DNA of 64,000 nt from Candidatus Culexmicrobium cathedralense (lineage in GTDB: Archaea > Thermoproteota > Methanomethylicia > Culexarchaeales > Culexmicrobiaceae), in contig JANZKC010000002.1 in assembly GCA_025061115.1 (NCBI GenBank), forward strand, positions 1 to 64,000. The letters run 5' to 3'. A program made the translations under genes and the position numbers. Shown here in pieces: positions 11,089-20,945 of this stretch. Every line of letters starts with the position of its first letter. The stretch's first letter is position 1. Under the pieces are notes generated by a model that was not told the origin of the DNA, did no database searches, and worked only from the letters and a program-made list of their open reading frames with translations.

Positions 11089-12090
11089 CTAATATTTCCT
11101 CTCAAGAGTTAGGGCGACCCTTCCATCAGCACTCAATAGTAATTCCGTACGGCCTGTAACCAAGCTTGGCATTAACCATCTAAGAAAACTCAGTAAATTT
11201 GTTTCTTGACGCACGACATCCCATTCTTCTGGCGAACGAAGAGTATCAACACATCTTATAGCAAAGCCCTGAATGCTCCATGCGTAGTCATGTCTAAATC
11301 TGCAAAGTTCACCGAACTCCCTATAACTTCTCCTCCATGAAAGCTCAACCCAAGAGTACTCATACACTTCTGTTGGTCTCGCTGGACACCTATCCAGATA
11401 TAGTTTAACAACATCAGCTGAAGGTTCAACGCCTGACAATATACCTGGCCTGCTAAGTGTGGCGACGAGCCCGTCAACAAACTTACATATGGAGCCTCCC
11501 AACGTAGGTTCTCGTGCAGGTAAAATACTTAACGTTACATAGCTACCCCATTCTTCAACACGACAGATTGTCGGATAGTCGGGATATCCCAGTATTGTTA
11601 ATTTGTCTGTTAACGGTGACTCAACTGCTGGCTTAAACAGAGGCATGTCTTCCTTTATTCCAAGAAGCTCAAACGTTTTCTTCCTCTTCTCTTCATCCAT
11701 AAGCGTTGAATACAGTGCTTCAAGCAAATATTCACGTGTAACTTTTCTAAGCGTCCAAGCAAATAATGTGTATTTGCCTGCTTCACCAACACCTAGAAAC
11801 GTGTTTCCGCATTTCTCGACGAGTTGCCTTAAGCATTCAATAGGATCACTTGGAACTTCGAACTCGACTTTAACTTCGCCAATAACGTTTTTAACCACAT
11901 TAATAATTTGTGAGGCACTCTCGCTTAGATGTTTTGCAACCTCTGCAGCAAGATCACCAACAAATTGTTTTGCAACAGAATCAGCAAGAGCTTTAACTGG
12001 TACCACATGAGCCTCTACAAACTTCCTCCAAGAATCTTTTTCCCAAGGCTTAACCTCGCTAATGAGGGCCTCAGGAGATATAACGGACAC
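11089..12090 (-). CDS. Hypothetical protein, co-oriented 12 bp upstream of the nuclease-like gene
   Basis: 333-aa ORF, GTG start with GAGGG upstream. Confidence 0.7.
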   Translation of the reverse strand: MSVISPEALISEVKPWEKDSWRKFVEAHVVPVKALADSVAKQFVGDLAAEVAKHLSESASQIINVVKNVIGEVKVEFEVPSDPIECLRQLVEKCGNTFLGVGEAGKYTLFAWTLRKVTREYLLEALYSTLMDEEKRKKTFELLGIKEDMPLFKPAVESPLTDKLTILGYPDYPTICRVEEWGSYVTLSILPAREPTLGGSICKFVDGLVATLSRPGILSGVEPSADVVKLYLDRCPARPTEVYEYSWVELSWRRSYREFGELCRFRHDYAWSIQGFAIRCVDTLRSPEEWDVVRQETNLLSFLRWLMPSLVTGRTELLLSADGRVALTLERKY

Positions 12091-12406
12091 GTTGTCCCCT
12101 CATACTCTGATTTTCTGAAAATCTTAATATATGGTTTTCCAAGGTAAGCCAGGAACTTCCAAAAAAGATGATCAAGAATATGGAATCTGCAGCTCCCATG
12201 CTTTGAGATCACAAAGATGAAAGACAGCCTCCTTATTGCAGTTTGCCTGTTCAATTGTGAATGATGGAGCAACTATCTTCATAGGATCCATTTTGGGTTT
12301 ACACCCATTATCTTGACAACTTTAAAAGATTTAGTGCAAATATATATGTATATAATGAAATCAATTTAAGCATTATTGACTTAGCTGCAGGCTTTTTCTC
12401 AACCTC

Positions 12407-13428
12407 TCAATTTTCTCTATGAGGAATCCTAAAAGCTTCTCCTACATAACCAAATAAATCCCTATCGATCAAATATAGTAGCACTAGTTGTGTGATCCCC
12501 AAAATAATTAGTAACCACACATCACTTAAGCTAACTATATTTTGAAGGTAAAATGCCAGTAATAATTGGATTGGAATAATTGTTAAGGCTCTTTTGCGAT
12601 TAACTCTGATTAGCTGGGGAATCGCTATGATGTTCAACATTAATGGTAATGCAATCAAGGTATAGTCGTAGGTTCGGGAATAGTTCTCAACTTTCACTAA
12701 TCCATTACCAATCAATGTGAACTTGCTACTCTCAATAACTACATTAACTTCAAAGCAGCCTATGAGCGGTTTTCAATAACCCATTTAAAATTATAGCTGT
12801 TTGATTCTAATGTGTATTTTAGGCCGCCAACATCAAGTTTAAGAATGTATGGTGGTTTGTATATGCACTTAACTTCAATTAAACCAGGTCTAATCTGAGT
12901 AATAGCTAGCACTGCATTTTGTCCATGTGAAATATGATGGTAGAAGTTCAATTTGCGGCCATCAACTATAAATGTGCTTATTATTGAACTATTATTAATG
13001 CTCCACGAGAAACTGTAGTTGCTGATTATTTTGTCTGGCCACTTAATAGCTCTAAAATAGGTGACTTGAGGTTTAGATCGTGAAATAATTAAGGGCTCAA
13101 TGGTGACGTTAATGAAGGTTGGCTTGAAGATTAGTAGCGTTCAATGTTGAACCATTCATCAGACTTCAATTTTTTGAAAATCATCATAGGTGTAGTTTCT
13201 TAGCATTATCTTTGCTCTAACCTTCGCTGAGAACTCTCTTGAATTATCAATTAACCACTTAGCTTTCAAGCTATCATTGAAAATTGATATCCACATTACA
13301 GTTGCTCTTGGGCTTGGTTTACTTGAATTTCTAATCCATGAAGCTGCATACCCTAAATCAAATTCACTAAGCAAACTCCTATTTACATGGAGAGCTAACT
13401 TAATTATTTGAAAATCTATTAATTTCAT
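12407..13428 (-). pseudogene. Fragmented secreted/membrane protein gene (pieces 13159-13428, 12760-12951, 12407-12715)
   Basis: Collinear same-strand ORF fragments, N-x-S/T-rich, ending in three TM segments. Confidence 0.5.
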
Positions 13429-13440
13429 GAAGGTGGATTT

Positions 13441-13692
13441 ATGCCAGAGAGTCTAGAACATGAAAGGTGTAAGATGCTACTAGCAAGACTGACTAGGTGT
13501 AAGACAGAGAAATATATAGAGACGAGAAGAAGGCCCGATGTTGTTTGTTCAAACAATTTGTTTTTTGAATTTATATGTGCAAAGAAACCATCAGGAAAAA
13601 GGGTCTGCTATATTGAACCTAGATTGAGAATAGGGAGAAAAGAATTCGCACTTGGAAAAATCAGCTGTGACAAGTTGGAATCTGCTTCCTAA
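13441..13692 (+). CDS. Small CoiA-like PD-(D/E)xK protein
   Basis: ESLEHERCK...E...RRPDVV...FEFIC; AAGGTGG RBS-like sequence upstream. Confidence 0.55.
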   Translation: MPESLEHERCKMLLARLTRCKTEKYIETRRRPDVVCSNNLFFEFICAKKPSGKRVCYIEPRLRIGRKEFALGKISCDKLESAS

Positions 13693-13696
13693 AGTA

Positions 13697-13918
13697 TCAA
13701 ATACCTTTAGCCATCAATTCCCAGATAATTGAATCTAAAAACATTCTTCTATCTGTTGCTTCTAAATGGATTGGTTGTTTATTAATCATTATTATCTGTC
13801 TTCCTATGCAGTTAAAGAAACAATGAATGTAACGCTCTAAAAAGCTTCCTCGATCCTGTGGTTTAAGTGACAATGAAAAGAAGGTTGCTAAAGAAGCTTT
13901 GAAGGTTGGCTTTATCAT
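13697..13918 (-). CDS. Hypothetical protein or fragment
   Basis: 73-aa ORF; may belong to the neighbouring fragmented gene. Confidence 0.3.
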   Translation of the reverse strand: MIKPTFKASLATFFSLSLKPQDRGSFLERYIHCFFNCIGRQIIMINKQPIHLEATDRRMFLDSIIWELMAKGI

Positions 13919-14004
13919 ATTAATAGTTGCAATATATTTTGGGAGAGATTGGAATGTTATAATAGAATTAAAAGAATATAAATGACATGAATATAATAAT
14001 TATT

Positions 14005-14140
14005 TTTACGCTTTAACTTAATTATAAATTCAGAAACTTTGCCTGTTCGAGGGCTTAAGCCGTAATAATAATTGAATTTTCCATTACACTTTGGACATTT
14101 AATAATCTTAACTTCGTAGAACCGGAACTTCCATTTTTAA
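14005..14140 (-). pseudogene. Remnant of a small zinc-ribbon protein
   Basis: Manual translation KWKFRFYEVKIIKCP/CNGKFNYYYGLSPRTGKVSEFIIK with a frameshift inside the CxxC. Confidence 0.5.
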
Positions 14141-14251
14141 TGATAAAAGCTTCGCATTAAGTACATTGAGGCCAATATCAATAAGAATGGATAAAGTAAA
14201 GGATGGCACCAAAATTATAAATAATGCTAGGAGACAACTCGATGCATTAAT

Positions 14252-14503
14252 CTAAGGGACGAAGGGCGTCATTAATTTAAGCCAAACACTTGTAATTTCA
14301 AGGATTACATCCCAATTAATCGACTCAACTCGTCTTAAATACTATCTAAGATAATTCAACATCCCTTAGAAGGCTTCATGAAAAGCTATTCTCACCTTAA
14401 GTTCATCTAGATTCTCCATAACAGTAAATATTGCTTGGTTAACTTGACTTATAAGCCACTTATCAACTAATGTTTGCTAAGTCCTATAGCTCTTCATAAC
14501 CAT
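14252..14503 (-). pseudogene. leuS: Internal fragment of leucyl-tRNA synthetase (anticodon-binding helical domain)
   Basis: LVDKWLISQVNQAIFTVMENLDELKVRIAFHEAF*GMLNYLR*YLRR...SVWLKLMTPFVP* matches the archaeal LeuRS DxW...LRWYLRR...W.RLMAPFTP pattern, with nonsense codons. Confidence 0.7.
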
Positions 14504-14790
14504 TGGGTATAAACTGAGAATTAAAAACTCAACATCAACTAAACCTCAAATCTATTCTATCAAAAACATTTTAAAAGCTTATCCAAAACAGCTTGGAAAG
14601 CAAAATAATTGAGGCTAATTAAATCTTTCAATTCAATATATTTTACTCTTTATCACAGAGACTTTAATTACTAAAATCAAATCTTTTCCGCGAACTTTCG
14701 AAAAATAATCTTAATGTAACCTAAATATAAAGATATTATCAGTTTATTTAGTTATGAAAGTAGATTGAAAGAATGTTGGAGGGACTATAA

Positions 14791-17700
14791 ATGAACCCCT
14801 CGAAGACGATGGAAAAAATTTCAAGAGGAAAGAAAATATTATCCTCTAAGCAATTACGCATTCTAGTCTTAGCAATTATCTTCGTCTCAAACCTATTTCC
14901 AGCTTCATGGACTATAAAGCCAATTGAAGCACACTTGGAGAAACAGTCGGAGAAGAAAATGTATTATATTAAAGAGGTAAACACTTCCTACAACACGAAG
15001 CTTGATCCCATTGAGTTCTATGGAGACTACAGCTGTGACTTCCCGCTTAGGGCAACACTGGCAGGTGATCCATTTAGCCTAGACTTCTATGAAGACTTCG
15101 AGCAAGCAAGAGCAATTTATGCGATGTATCGTGCCATGGGATTAAAAGTCATACTTTACAGAGCATTCTCAAGCTTGAGTGAAAACATGGAATTCATGAA
15201 CTACTGGAATTTAACCAAAGAGGAAATTTCTCCAATGGACTTAAACGGATTCTACTGGGTGGCTCTCCCATACACGATAGGATATGAAGGAAGAGAAGCT
15301 TGGCGTGCCTTCTTTATAAAATTTATAAAACTTCTCTTTGATGCAGGTGTTGACGGCATAGAAATAGATGGAGGTGAAGGATGCTATGACTTCGGTAGCT
15401 TCGACCCTGAAACCATACAGAAATTCAATCAATATCTATCATCCAAATATACAAAAGATGAATTACTGGAAAAGTTTGGTATAACTGACATTAATAGCTT
15501 TAACTTCACACAGTATCTTAGAGATCGTGGCTACCACAAGTATGAGCGAGCCACTGATGGTCCAGTAATAGCCAATCCAGGAAATGAGCCGGCAAAAGAT
15601 CCAGACCCACATGTTAGATCTCTCTGGGAAGAGTGGGACAACTTTAAGAAAACCATGCTCCTAGAGTTATATAAACTTCTATGGAAAAACGTTAAACAAT
15701 GGGAACAAGAGACTGGAAGAAGATTTTACATCTCAACACGTGTTGGATTATGGCCTTTAGACCTTCCAGTTCTACCATTTGTTGACGGAGTCAACTGGGA
15801 GTACGTATGGTTCAGTGCACCAGCCTTCGGAGATAGACCAGACATTATAGGCTACCCTAATAGAACAGCAAGCACAGACTTCAGAGTACTTCAAAGTCTA
15901 GGAAAAAGATTTAACCCATGGATCACACCTGCCAGCTCTCTTGGAGCAACAGGCTTCTCAGCATGGTTTTCCTGCGGATGGAACATGACAAGTGATCCAG
16001 AAGAGCAATATCTAGCACTCTCGGAGATAATAGTATGTGGCGGTCTCCCAGGCGTGAAGGGGGGTGATGAAGGTCAAGCAGTAAACACTACACATTGGAA
16101 GCAGTTCACCCAGCTTGTCCAAGAGAATCCTCAGCTCTTCGGGCAATCTCAGTTTGGCGAAATTGCTTTAATCTATCCTGCTGCAACAGCTTTAAACTGG
16201 AATTACAAGCTAAACTTCACATCTCCAGTCGCCTATGGACAAGAAATACCTCTTAGCTATGATGGATATGAGGGAACATACTATCTCCTTGCAGATTCAC
16301 ATAGAGTCTTCGACATAATAGTGTTTGGTGACAACGTCTGGGTTAACATTACACAACCCCTCTCCAAGCTTCTGGAATATAAAGCAGTAGTATTGCCAAT
16401 GGCACTTTGCCTCACAGACGACCAAGTTGAACTACTTGAACAATACTTGCAGAGCGGTGGAATAATAATAGCACTTGGTGATGTAGGCATATATAATGAA
16501 TATGTAGAACGTACAAATAGAAAGTTCTCCAGCTACTTTGACGGCCAAATTCATCAAGTCGGCCAAGGCTTAATTATATCGATAAAGGACATATCACCAA
16601 TAGACTACCTAGCCTACAGAACTAAATACGATCCAAAGGCAACCCCTATCTTAGAGCGATTTAGAGAAATCATAGATACCTATGTGCCCAGAGAAGTCAA
16701 TACAAGTTTACCTTCAAGAGCTCACATCTACAGATTCTTCAATTACAAGGAAAACATCCTGATCTTCCACATAATAAACTTCGTATACGACTACAAACAA
16801 GACAAAGTCATTAGAGCCTATAATGTCAATTTCAACTTTACCTTGCCACCTCAACTACAAGGAAAGAAGCTTTCAATATGGATTTATAGTGAAGACCTAC
16901 CTTGCGGAATGGAAATCCCATATAAGCAGAATGGCAATGTCATTTCCATAACAATTCCCAAAGTCTCAATACTAACAAGTATAGAAGTAAGACCACACTT
17001 CGAAGTCCCTGAGCCACTAGTAATTGATGAGCCAACTATACTAAAGGATAGTAAATACATCTTTGATAGAAGTGTAATCATCAAATCCTCCCTCTCAATA
17101 ATAAACTCGCAAATTGAAATAAAGGGCGATGTCAAACCAGTCAAAATAGAAGTTCTGCCAGGCGGCTCATTAACAATAATAAACTCTACAATACGTAAAG
17201 TAGCAGGGTCCTACTACATAGTAGCGAGAAAAGACTCTTCAATCATCATTAAAGGATCGGATATCTCTGCTGCCGGTTTATTCGGCCCCTTAGAAAAAGG
17301 AGGAATTTGCATACAAACAGAGGGAGCGGTCATCCTCAACAGCAAAATACATGACAACTACGATTATGGCCTACTACTATTCAACGCCAATTACTCATTA
17401 ATCGCAAATAACGAGTTTTATGGAAATAGGCTAGGTGTATCAATTGTTGATTCCTCATTCATTCAATTCCACAATAACACCGTTAAAAACAATTATGCTG
17501 GCGTACTAATACGCTCTTCTCACGTTGAATTAGGAATAGCGGATTTGGTTAGAATGTACAATGAACGCGGAATCCTACCGCCACGAGGCCCTGCAAAACA
17601 AGTAATTTCCAATTGCCGTATAATCAACAATCAACATATAAACATAGTACTCGCAGGAACAAACTTTGCAACAATTGCAAATTCTGAGTGCGGCAGCACA

Positions 17701-19596
17701 TCTGTAATAAACATACTAGTCTACCGATCCATAGCAAAAATTTTCAATTGCACTATTCATACAAGCTGGATGGGTATTTTACTCTATGAAAGCCCAATAG
17801 TCACAATTACAAACAATAGAATATACAATCACACTCGCATTGGAATAAAAATTTATAAATGCTGTGGAATGGGCATACTTCACTGGTTACACCTAGAACC
17901 CATTGCAGCCTATTCAGATGAGGGAGACATTAGAATAATAGGAAATCACATTGAAAACAATGGATACGGCATCCACATGGATTTCGAGGGAGGCCCGTAT
18001 GGATACTTCAACCGTCACATAAGAATATCAGATAACATCATCTCACACAACCTCGTCGGTATATTTGTGAGCCGAACAGTTGGAGAGATAATACGGAATA
18101 ACTTCATTGAAAATAAAAGGCAAATTGAAGGCGGCAAATATGAGCCACTTCCAGCACTCTCCATAGACTATCCAAAAGCCATTGGAAACTACTGGGATAC
18201 ATATACCGGACCCGGACCATACGAGGTACTGCCCAATTACTATGACTACTATCCATTGAAATCCCCTGTCAAAATCCCAATAATCACCGACTATGAAGGA
18301 CCAATAGTAAAAATAGAGAACGCTAAAATCAAAATATTCAATGAAACACATGTAGTAATAAACTTCAACCTCCACGTCTCAGATGACCAAAGCTATCTAG
18401 GCGATACAGAATTTCGAACCCACTTTGGCTTCGTAAGCTTATTAAGCCCCAATATGAAAGAACGAGATTTCGGATGGATAGGCTTAACAGTAGGTGTCCC
18501 AGGTCCAGAAAAACTAGCAAAAACCCACAGCATATACGACTTTACATTTGTTCAAGGATGGACAGCTGAGATGAAACCAGTGCCATTACCAGAAGAATGG
18601 GTAGAAGATGCAATCCTATCAGCTTATGCAACAGACATTTGGGGCAATTGGAATAAAAACGACACTGTACCTCCATACATCAAAGTCGCATATATAAGCC
18701 CAGAAACAATAAGTCCAAGCAACCCAGTCACTCTCAACATACTTGTAATTGACTGGAATAAAATCTCAAAGGTTCGAGTAATCTATAAGATTAATGGCTC
18801 AGAATGGCGTAAAGCAGATATTAAATTCGATAAAACAACAAAACTCTATCGCGCCATTATACCACCACTTAGAGAGAAAGGCTTTGTAACATACAGAGTT
18901 TATGCAGAAGACATTTATGGAAATGGTGCCACCTATACAGGTAAATTCTACATCCAAGAAAGCTACACCATATCATTCTATGTAAAAGACACCCAAGGCA
19001 ATATAGTCTCTGAAGCCACATTAGTCTTCAATGGAGTAGAGCATCATCATGGAGAGAAAATAGACGCCCAAGCAGGAACATATTCACTATCCATTGGAAC
19101 AATACCGAGTGGATACAAGTTCAGTAACTGGAGTACATCAGGAGACATAAGCATAGAAAATCCAAGCACCAGTTCAACAACAGCCATAGTAAATGGTGAT
19201 GGAAACATCACAATGATCCTGAACAGAATAGTCATAATATCAAATTTAACAGTGAAACCACAGAAAGTAAATCCCGGAGAAACAGTCACCATAACCATCG
19301 AAATCACCAACACCATTGAAGACAGCCTCACATACACCATAAAGCTACTAGTAAACGACTACACGGAGGCAACAAAAGAAATCAAACTATCACCACGCGA
19401 AACAAAAACTATTACCTTCACCATCACAAAAAATAAACCTGGAACCTATAGCATCGAAATCAATGGACTTAAAGGCAAGTTCACAGTAGAGGAGAAGATT
19501 ACACCCCCTACAATTGAAACATTCCTACCATATATTATAGCAGCATCCATCATAGCCATAGCACTAATAGCCCTAAGATTCATAAAGAAAAAGTGA
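14791..19596 (+). CDS. Large cell-surface protein: GH42-like TIM barrel + trimerisation-like domain + beta-helix + Ig/CARDB + C-terminal TM
   Basis: AGVDGIEIDG, FDPETIQKFNQYLSSKY, YKAVVLPMALCLTDDQVELLEQYLQSGG, NosD-like repeats, VNPGETVTITIEITN, TM plus KKK. Confidence 0.8.
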   Translation: MNPSKTMEKISRGKKILSSKQLRILVLAIIFVSNLFPASWTIKPIEAHLEKQSEKKMYYIKEVNTSYNTKLDPIEFYGDYSCDFPLRATLAGDPFSLDFYEDFEQARAIYAMYRAMGLKVILYRAFSSLSENMEFMNYWNLTKEEISPMDLNGFYWVALPYTIGYEGREAWRAFFIKFIKLLFDAGVDGIEIDGGEGCYDFGSFDPETIQKFNQYLSSKYTKDELLEKFGITDINSFNFTQYLRDRGYHKYERATDGPVIANPGNEPAKDPDPHVRSLWEEWDNFKKTMLLELYKLLWKNVKQWEQETGRRFYISTRVGLWPLDLPVLPFVDGVNWEYVWFSAPAFGDRPDIIGYPNRTASTDFRVLQSLGKRFNPWITPASSLGATGFSAWFSCGWNMTSDPEEQYLALSEIIVCGGLPGVKGGDEGQAVNTTHWKQFTQLVQENPQLFGQSQFGEIALIYPAATALNWNYKLNFTSPVAYGQEIPLSYDGYEGTYYLLADSHRVFDIIVFGDNVWVNITQPLSKLLEYKAVVLPMALCLTDDQVELLEQYLQSGGIIIALGDVGIYNEYVERTNRKFSSYFDGQIHQVGQGLIISIKDISPIDYLAYRTKYDPKATPILERFREIIDTYVPREVNTSLPSRAHIYRFFNYKENILIFHIINFVYDYKQDKVIRAYNVNFNFTLPPQLQGKKLSIWIYSEDLPCGMEIPYKQNGNVISITIPKVSILTSIEVRPHFEVPEPLVIDEPTILKDSKYIFDRSVIIKSSLSIINSQIEIKGDVKPVKIEVLPGGSLTIINSTIRKVAGSYYIVARKDSSIIIKGSDISAAGLFGPLEKGGICIQTEGAVILNSKIHDNYDYGLLLFNANYSLIANNEFYGNRLGVSIVDSSFIQFHNNTVKNNYAGVLIRSSHVELGIADLVRMYNERGILPPRGPAKQVISNCRIINNQHINIVLAGTNFATIANSECGSTSVINILVYRSIAKIFNCTIHTSWMGILLYESPIVTITNNRIYNHTRIGIKIYKCCGMGILHWLHLEPIAAYSDEGDIRIIGNHIENNGYGIHMDFEGGPYGYFNRHIRISDNIISHNLVGIFVSRTVGEIIRNNFIENKRQIEGGKYEPLPALSIDYPKAIGNYWDTYTGPGPYEVLPNYYDYYPLKSPVKIPIITDYEGPIVKIENAKIKIFNETHVVINFNLHVSDDQSYLGDTEFRTHFGFVSLLSPNMKERDFGWIGLTVGVPGPEKLAKTHSIYDFTFVQGWTAEMKPVPLPEEWVEDAILSAYATDIWGNWNKNDTVPPYIKVAYISPETISPSNPVTLNILVIDWNKISKVRVIYKINGSEWRKADIKFDKTTKLYRAIIPPLREKGFVTYRVYAEDIYGNGATYTGKFYIQESYTISFYVKDTQGNIVSEATLVFNGVEHHHGEKIDAQAGTYSLSIGTIPSGYKFSNWSTSGDISIENPSTSSTTAIVNGDGNITMILNRIVIISNLTVKPQKVNPGETVTITIEITNTIEDSLTYTIKLLVNDYTEATKEIKLSPRETKTITFTITKNKPGTYSIEINGLKGKFTVEEKITPPTIETFLPYIIAASIIAIALIALRFIKKK

Positions 19597-19758
19597 AAAC
19601 TCACCCCTTACCCCCTATTTTCTTTTCCCAACCTATAACAAGCCCAATAAACAAACCTCTTCATCAATCAGAAAACTACATATCAAAAGATCCAAACTTT
19701 ACAGTTAAAACTAACTCAATTTACTACTAATGATCCTAAATGTGATCTCAATACTATT

Positions 19759-20067
19759 TCACCACTCTTGTAAGACTACATGTACTAGTCTTGCTTTACT
19801 TGTGTTGTCTTGGAAGTATGCTGTGAACTTTATTCCAATTACTTTTACTATTGCTAGTCCTGTTTTGTATATTTTTAGGTCATTTATTGCTCCTACTTCT
19901 CCACCCTTCAAATTAATTGTTACTGTTGATGAAACGCCAACTGTTAAGTCTATTCTTATAGTTTTTATTGCTATATTTCCAGTATTCTTTATTGTTGCGA
20001 ATATGTGTACGTACTTACCATCATAATAGGCATTCACATTATAAATTGTGAAATCCTTATTTGTCAT
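19759..20067 (-). CDS. Hypothetical protein (Ig-like, IKNTGN motif)
   Basis: 102-aa ORF whose ATG overlaps the upstream TGA (ATGA). Confidence 0.5.
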   Translation of the reverse strand: MTNKDFTIYNVNAYYDGKYVHIFATIKNTGNIAIKTIRIDLTVGVSSTVTINLKGGEVGAINDLKIYKTGLAIVKVIGIKFTAYFQDNTSKARLVHVVLQEW

Positions 20068-20367
20068 GAATTTTTATGGCCAAGCCATACGTGTGTTGCA
20101 TTACAATTAATTGCTATTACTGGACCATAATCAGTGCTATCAATAGTTTTAACTTTAAGCTTAGATTTAACAATATAGCCTTGATAATGAATTATTAATG
20201 CGTTGTTTTGAATTTCAATTATCGACATTTCCACATACACTATCTATTTCAAGTGCAATTTGCTTTGCAATTTGATTTATGTCTGGCTGATGATTCATTA
20301 AGTAGCTTGAAGCGACTAGCAATGTTGTTAATGCAATAATTAAGCATGAAACTTCTAAGCTCCTCAT
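20064..20367 (-). pseudogene. Frameshifted small secreted, possibly pilin-like, protein
   Basis: MRSLEVSCLIIALTTLLVASS...CGNVDN* then other frame EIQNNALIIHYQG...HVWLGHKNS*. Confidence 0.45.
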
Positions 20368-20393
20368 AAGAATAATGCATAAACAAATTTAAT

Positions 20394-20621
20394 TTAAAAA
20401 GAGTGGAGGAATTTAAGGCCAAATCTTGCTACCTTTCCTAACAATGCATACTCTAGCTTTTTAGAGCCTCTAATGTCAATTTCAATGCAGCCTTTATCTG
20501 CTAATTCTTTTAATCGCATTCCTATTAAGGCTAGAATTCCCGGAGTTAATGGATAACTTAAGACTTTAAATGTAACATTATTAACCATTATATAGATTCT
20601 ACAAGATTTATAATTGAGCAA
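20394..20621 (-). CDS. Hypothetical protein or fragment
   Basis: 75-aa ORF only. Confidence 0.35.
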   Translation of the reverse strand: MLNYKSCRIYIMVNNVTFKVLSYPLTPGILALIGMRLKELADKGCIEIDIRGSKKLEYALLGKVARFGLKFLHSF

Positions 20622-20945
20622 GTAGCACTTAAGGATAAGTTCTCCATAATGTTCGTTTTCATTAACTTTTAAAGCTTCTGAAACTTTGTTTCTTGGCTCT
20701 TGTCTTTGTTTCGAAATCTATCTTTTAGGTTTTCTATGTGGTTGCAAGCGTTTTATTTGAGTTAGTTTAGACGCTTAACGGTTTGGCTTTGCAATCCTTA
20801 TATAAGTATCGCATTTTCACATGGCGATCATCCTCAGTTGGTTGCTGATTGGGATTATTGAGGGAAAGGGCTGCAATCGCTTTATTGAGCTCTTTAGTGC
20901 AACGTCAATAGCCTTTTAAATTTCGCTTTAAGAACCTATATTTGA

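Noticed and set aside
13113-13912. 13-bp repeat TGAAGGTTGGCTT at 13113 and 13900 as a target-site duplication
   Set aside because: Does not bound the small + strand gene closely; may be a KPTF coding echo or chance
8899-20098. Similar strings CATGAATT..GGCC..CATACGTGTG at ~8899-8936 and ~20065-20098 as att-like direct repeats
   Set aside because: Only 10 bp exact identity with gaps; no integrase or tRNA; the second copy is inside coding-like sequence
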